A stretch of 24,000 nucleotides of DNA from NCBI GenBank assembly GCA_934661105.1, contig CAKUIV010000008.1, positions 4,504-28,503 of the forward strand. The letters run 5' to 3'. The notes under the pieces are model-generated. The model saw nothing but the letters and a program-made list of their open reading frames with translations. It was not told the DNA's origin and ran no database searches. Made by a program: the position numbers and the translations under genes. Positions 20,930 through 24,000 of the stretch are shown one piece after another. How positions within the stretch are numbered: position 1 is the stretch's first letter; every line of letters starts with the position of its first letter. Source of the DNA: an uncultured Ellagibacter sp. (lineage in GTDB: Bacteria; Actinomycetota; Coriobacteriia; Coriobacteriales; Eggerthellaceae).

Positions 20930-21634
20930 ATGGCGTCCTGCTGCGGATCGAACGAAAAAGCCGCCTACGTGAAACCCGAACGTCCAAGCTGCGTGGACTG
21001 CAAAACGCTTGGATGCGCGCACAACAACGGCCGCTATCCCTCGTTCTGCGAAACGAAAACGATGAGCGACGATGAGATATCCACGCTCCGCAGCGACTAC
21101 GAAGCCGACGCGGAAACCTACGAGTTCATGAAAGCGACTGCCAAAACCACTGCGCGAGGATTCGCCGAGCAGCTCTGCCGAGCCGAAGAGACCATGGACT
21201 ACGCGCATCGCATGGGATACAGGAAGATCGGTATCGCGTTTTGCGCAGGTGTCGCCGACGAGGCGCGAATCTTCGCGAAGATCCTGCGCATTCACGGCTA
21301 CGAAGTGGTGGGCTACACCTGCAAGGTCGGCGCGCTTTCGAACGCGCAGATGGGACTCGAGGAAAGCTGCTGCAACTTCGGGCTCGTTGCCTGCAACCCC
21401 TTGACGCAGGTGCGGCGCCTCAACGCCGAGAAAACCGACCTCAACGTGCTGATGGGCCTGTGCGTAGGGCACGACTCGTACTTCTACAAGCTCTCAAAAG
21501 CGCCTGTGACGACGCTTTTGACCAAGGACAAAGCCATGGTGAACAACCCGGGGGCGGCGCTGTGGGCATCGACCACGAGCTCGCTATGGAGCCGCATGAT
21601 GCGCCCTGACGATTCATTCGCGGCAAGAGACTAG
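20930..21634 (+). CDS. DUF1847 family Cys-rich (probable metal-binding) protein
   Basis: Start refined to ATG at 20930 (MASCCGSNEKAAYVKPERPSCVDCKTLGCAHNNGRYPSFC) with AAGGAGA upstream. Contains YRKIGIAFCAGVADEARIF, GLEESCCNFGLVACNPLTQ and NVLMGLCVGHDSYFYKLSKAPVTTLLTKDKAMVNNPGAAL, typical of this family. Confidence 0.85.
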   Translation: MASCCGSNEKAAYVKPERPSCVDCKTLGCAHNNGRYPSFCETKTMSDDEISTLRSDYEADAETYEFMKATAKTTARGFAEQLCRAEETMDYAHRMGYRKIGIAFCAGVADEARIFAKILRIHGYEVVGYTCKVGALSNAQMGLEESCCNFGLVACNPLTQVRRLNAEKTDLNVLMGLCVGHDSYFYKLSKAPVTTLLTKDKAMVNNPGAALWASTTSSLWSRMMRPDDSFAARD

Positions 21635-21697
21635 CCCGAAAGCAAAATGCGGAGGCAAACGAAGGCTTTTTCAAGTTATCCCAACAAAAAATAATCG

Positions 21698-21816
21698 AAG
21701 TGCGAGGGCATACCGGTCAAGCAAGGAGCAACTCTGCAATAAGCTTCGTAAAACCCCAGGTCACGAAGATGTCGTCATTGGCTCTACCTCGCGAGAAGCG
21801 CTAAGCCCTCGCACTT
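21698..21816. repeat. Long-range perfect 12-bp inverted repeat (AAGTGCGAGGGC / GCCCTCGCACTT) enclosing 95 nt; candidate structured RNA or element
   Basis: Arms at 21698-21709 and 21805-21816. Smaller internal stems include CTTCGT...ACGAAG. T-rich tracts lie just outside both arms. Confidence 0.5.
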
Positions 21817-21869
21817 GAGGCACTTTTTGTGAAGCTCGCAACTTGAAAACCGCGATTCCGCACCTCGGG

Positions 21870-22523
21870 CTACGCGGATTCGGAGAAAAGCTTTCCCCGC
21901 ACACGTTCTGGAGCGCATGCGGGATTAACTTTGGGGCAGCTTTTGAACACGCCCTGCCCCACCTCATCGATTTCCTCGGGGAACACGACGCTGTCGAGAC
22001 TCGGGCAGTTCATGAACGCCTCATCGCCAAGCACCCGCAGCAAGCTGGGGAACTCGACGCGGCGCAATCCGCGGCATCCCGCGAAGGCGCGGCGTCCGAT
22101 GGACTCTGCGCTCGACAGGTCAGGCGCCGCATCGAGTGCACGGCAGTTCATGAACGCCTGCGCCTCGACCTCGACAACGGCATGGGTGCCCTGCACCGCA
22201 CGCAGAGCGAAGCAGCCCTTGAAAGCGCCTCGCGGAACGACTTCAAGGCGCGAAGGCAAGGTGACTTCCTCGAGCTTCTGACAATGCTCGAACGCCGACG
22301 CCCCCAATCGCTCGAGGCTTTCCGGCAGCACGACGCGGCGCAGATTCAGGCATGCCGAGAATGCGTAGGGGCCGATCTCGCGCACGCCTGCGGGAACGAC
22401 GACTTCGCGAACGTCGTCGTTCCCGCGACACGCCTCGGACTCGATGCTCACCGTGCCCTCGGGAAACACAAGGCGCGCAGATCCGTCGCTTACGTAGCGC
22501 TTGACCGAGATCTCAAACGGCAA
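21870..22523 (-). CDS. BspA-type leucine-rich repeat protein (LRR_5 family), likely cytoplasmic
   Basis: Repeats of the type 'IGPYAFSACLNLRRVVLPESLERLGASAFEHCQKLEEVTLP'. Proposed TTG start at 22523 with AAGGGG spaced 9 nt upstream. The longer track ORF overlaps the radical SAM gene and is unlikely to be translated there. No signal peptide. Confidence 0.75.
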   Translation of the reverse strand: MPFEISVKRYVSDGSARLVFPEGTVSIESEACRGNDDVREVVVPAGVREIGPYAFSACLNLRRVVLPESLERLGASAFEHCQKLEEVTLPSRLEVVPRGAFKGCFALRAVQGTHAVVEVEAQAFMNCRALDAAPDLSSAESIGRRAFAGCRGLRRVEFPSLLRVLGDEAFMNCPSLDSVVFPEEIDEVGQGVFKSCPKVNPACAPERVRGKLFSESA

Positions 22524-22536
22524 ACCGGCACGCCCC

Positions 22537-23652
22537 TTACGAATGCTTGCCGCAGCAGCAACCCGCACCTGCCTGCGCGAGGGGATCGGGCATGACGTAG
22601 TCCTCGGGATTGCCCTTCTTCCACCAGTTCTTCCCATCGGCGCGGAAGCGCGGGTCGGGGTCGACGACGCCCGGCTCGAACCCGGCTTCGCGGATGCGCT
22701 CGACCGCATCCTCCACGGTGAAGCCGCGCCATTCGTCGACGTTGAACTCGGTGTCGCGCGGGTTCGCTCCACGTTCGACCGTGCACCCGTTCGCGCCCGC
22801 GTAAAGCGCCTCGGGGATGGCGGGGTGGCACCCCATGCAATGGATGCGCGACCCCACGGCGATGCGGACCGCGGCGAGGATCTGCAGCATGCGAGGCTTC
22901 GACACCGGCTCCATGCCCTCGAACGGCGTGCCGGGAACGTTCACGCGGAACATGACGCCCATGCTGTAGGGGTTGAACGACATGTCGTAGAGCACCTTGT
23001 CGGCTATCTCCTCGTTCGTATGCTCGATGCCGATGGGCTCGACGCACGTGCCCCAACGAAGCGGCGATTGGGAGATCGCCCGCATGGTCTGCTCGCGCAG
23101 CTTCGGGTCGAAGGGCGTGTCCACGCCCTCGCGCATGCGGCAGACATGGTAGGCGCTCGTGGCGCCCGCCTGGTAGGCAGCCTCAGCCATGGCCGGCGTG
23201 AGCTCGCCGACGTTGAGATTGATGAGGTAATCACCCGGAACCTGCTCGCGGATGTCGGCGAGCCATTCGGAGAGCGCTTTCACGTCGTAGAACTCGGTGG
23301 AGCGCAGCGTGAGCGTGGTGATGCCCGCTTCCACATAGGCGCGCGCCATCTCGATGATTTCTTCCTTGGTGTACTTGATCTCCTCGGTGACGAGCCCCCA
23401 TTCGGTACCGAACGAGCAGAACTTGCAGTTCATGTCGCAGCTGCACATGTCCACCCCGATGGCTCCCGAGATACCGCACTTGTTGCCCGACGCGAAATGC
23501 GCCACGCGGGAAGCGCACTCGCGCAAGTAGGCGACCTCTTCGGACTCGGGATCGAGCTCGAGCATCGACACGATGACGTCTTTAGGCTGCACGGCCCCGC
23601 GCAGCGACTCGTCGGTTGCCCGGTCGATCATCGCTTTCACTTCTTTATTCAT
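22537..23652 (-). CDS. Radical SAM protein, biotin synthase-like (BioB/HydE/PylB superfamily), unassigned function
   Basis: 371 aa. CxxxCxxC cluster motif in DMCSCDMNCKFCSFGTEWG, TIM-barrel motifs (EAGITTLTLRST, INLNVGEL), C-terminal SRIHCMGCHPAIPEALYAGANGCTVERG, and a GCCCGKHS tail. ATG start with AGGGGA upstream. Confidence 0.82.
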   Translation of the reverse strand: MNKEVKAMIDRATDESLRGAVQPKDVIVSMLELDPESEEVAYLRECASRVAHFASGNKCGISGAIGVDMCSCDMNCKFCSFGTEWGLVTEEIKYTKEEIIEMARAYVEAGITTLTLRSTEFYDVKALSEWLADIREQVPGDYLINLNVGELTPAMAEAAYQAGATSAYHVCRMREGVDTPFDPKLREQTMRAISQSPLRWGTCVEPIGIEHTNEEIADKVLYDMSFNPYSMGVMFRVNVPGTPFEGMEPVSKPRMLQILAAVRIAVGSRIHCMGCHPAIPEALYAGANGCTVERGANPRDTEFNVDEWRGFTVEDAVERIREAGFEPGVVDPDPRFRADGKNWWKKGNPEDYVMPDPLAQAGAGCCCGKHS

Positions 23653-23694
23653 GGTTCGTCCCCTCTCTTTGGCGCGGTGACGACGCGCCAGCGT

Positions 23695-24000
23695 CTAATG
23701 CCATTTGGTGAAGCGCTTCTGCAGCCACGCCGACCCGTAGTTCAGCACGGTGACGGTGATGCCGCAGGTGATGATGCCCGCATAGATGTTCGCATAGTTC
23801 GCGAACACGTTCGCGTTCGAAATCCAGTACCCGATGCCCGACTTCGCGCCGAAGCTTTCGGCGTACATGAGCATGAGGAAGCCCGTGGTGAGCGAAACGC
23901 GCAGGCCCTTCAGGATGTCCGGCAAGATGTAGGGCATGATGACCTTCGTGATCATGGTGAAGTTGCTCACCTTGAGCACGCGGGTGTTGTCGATGATCGC
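23695..24000 (-). CDS. C-terminal part of an ABC transporter permease (SsuC/TauC/NitT-like); continues beyond the right edge
   Basis: Visible frame AIIDNTRVLKVSNFTMITKVIMPYILPDILKGLRVSLTTGFLMLMYAESFGAKSGIGYWISNANVFANYANIYAGIITCGITVTVLNYGSAWLQKRFTKWH carries the MPxxLPxIxxGLR coupling-helix pattern. Confidence 0.8.
   Translation of the reverse strand, partial: AIIDNTRVLKVSNFTMITKVIMPYILPDILKGLRVSLTTGFLMLMYAESFGAKSGIGYWISNANVFANYANIYAGIITCGITVTVLNYGSAWLQKRFTKWH

Noticed and set aside
21635-21869. tRNA or 4.5S SRP RNA in the convergent intergenic region
   Set aside because: No TTCGA-type T-loop plus acceptor stem layout, and no GGAAGCAGC-like SRP tetraloop region was visible.
21843-22595. 250-aa plus-strand ORF antisense to the LRR gene
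   Set aside because: The minus strand gives a regular LRR_5 repeat pattern, which is decisive. The plus-strand product is an in-register shadow.
22524-22772. N-terminal extension of the LRR ORF in the track
   Set aside because: It overlaps the radical SAM coding sequence and gives Arg/Ser-rich sequence without LRR character. A TTG start with a good SD exists at 22523.

Overview
This ~24 kb, GC-rich window looks like Coriobacteriia/Eggerthellaceae chromosome; that taxonomic guess is inference from gene content and composition. It is mostly a long minus-strand housekeeping block. From right to left along the minus strand: tig, clpP, clpX, valS, a membrane zinc-ribbon protein, ffh, a flavodoxin-family protein, rpsP, khpA-like KH protein, rimM, trmD, lepB, glyQ, glyS, the PPDK regulatory kinase/phosphatase, ppdK, asnS, and the 5' end of a probable mtnA-like gene at the left edge. 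The right ~3.2 kb is more accessory. It holds a plus-strand DUF1847-type Cys-rich protein and a convergent intergenic region with a long-range 12-bp inverted repeat. It also holds a tightly packed minus-strand set: ABC transporter permease (truncated by the window edge), BioB/HydE/PylB-like radical SAM protein with a Cys-rich C-terminus, and a BspA-type leucine-rich repeat protein. I see no rRNA, convincing tRNA, CRISPR array, transposase or phage genes. The best candidates for something undescribed are the permease/radical SAM/LRR set and the inverted-repeat element at ~21698-21816. Neither is proven to be a novel system from this sequence alone.
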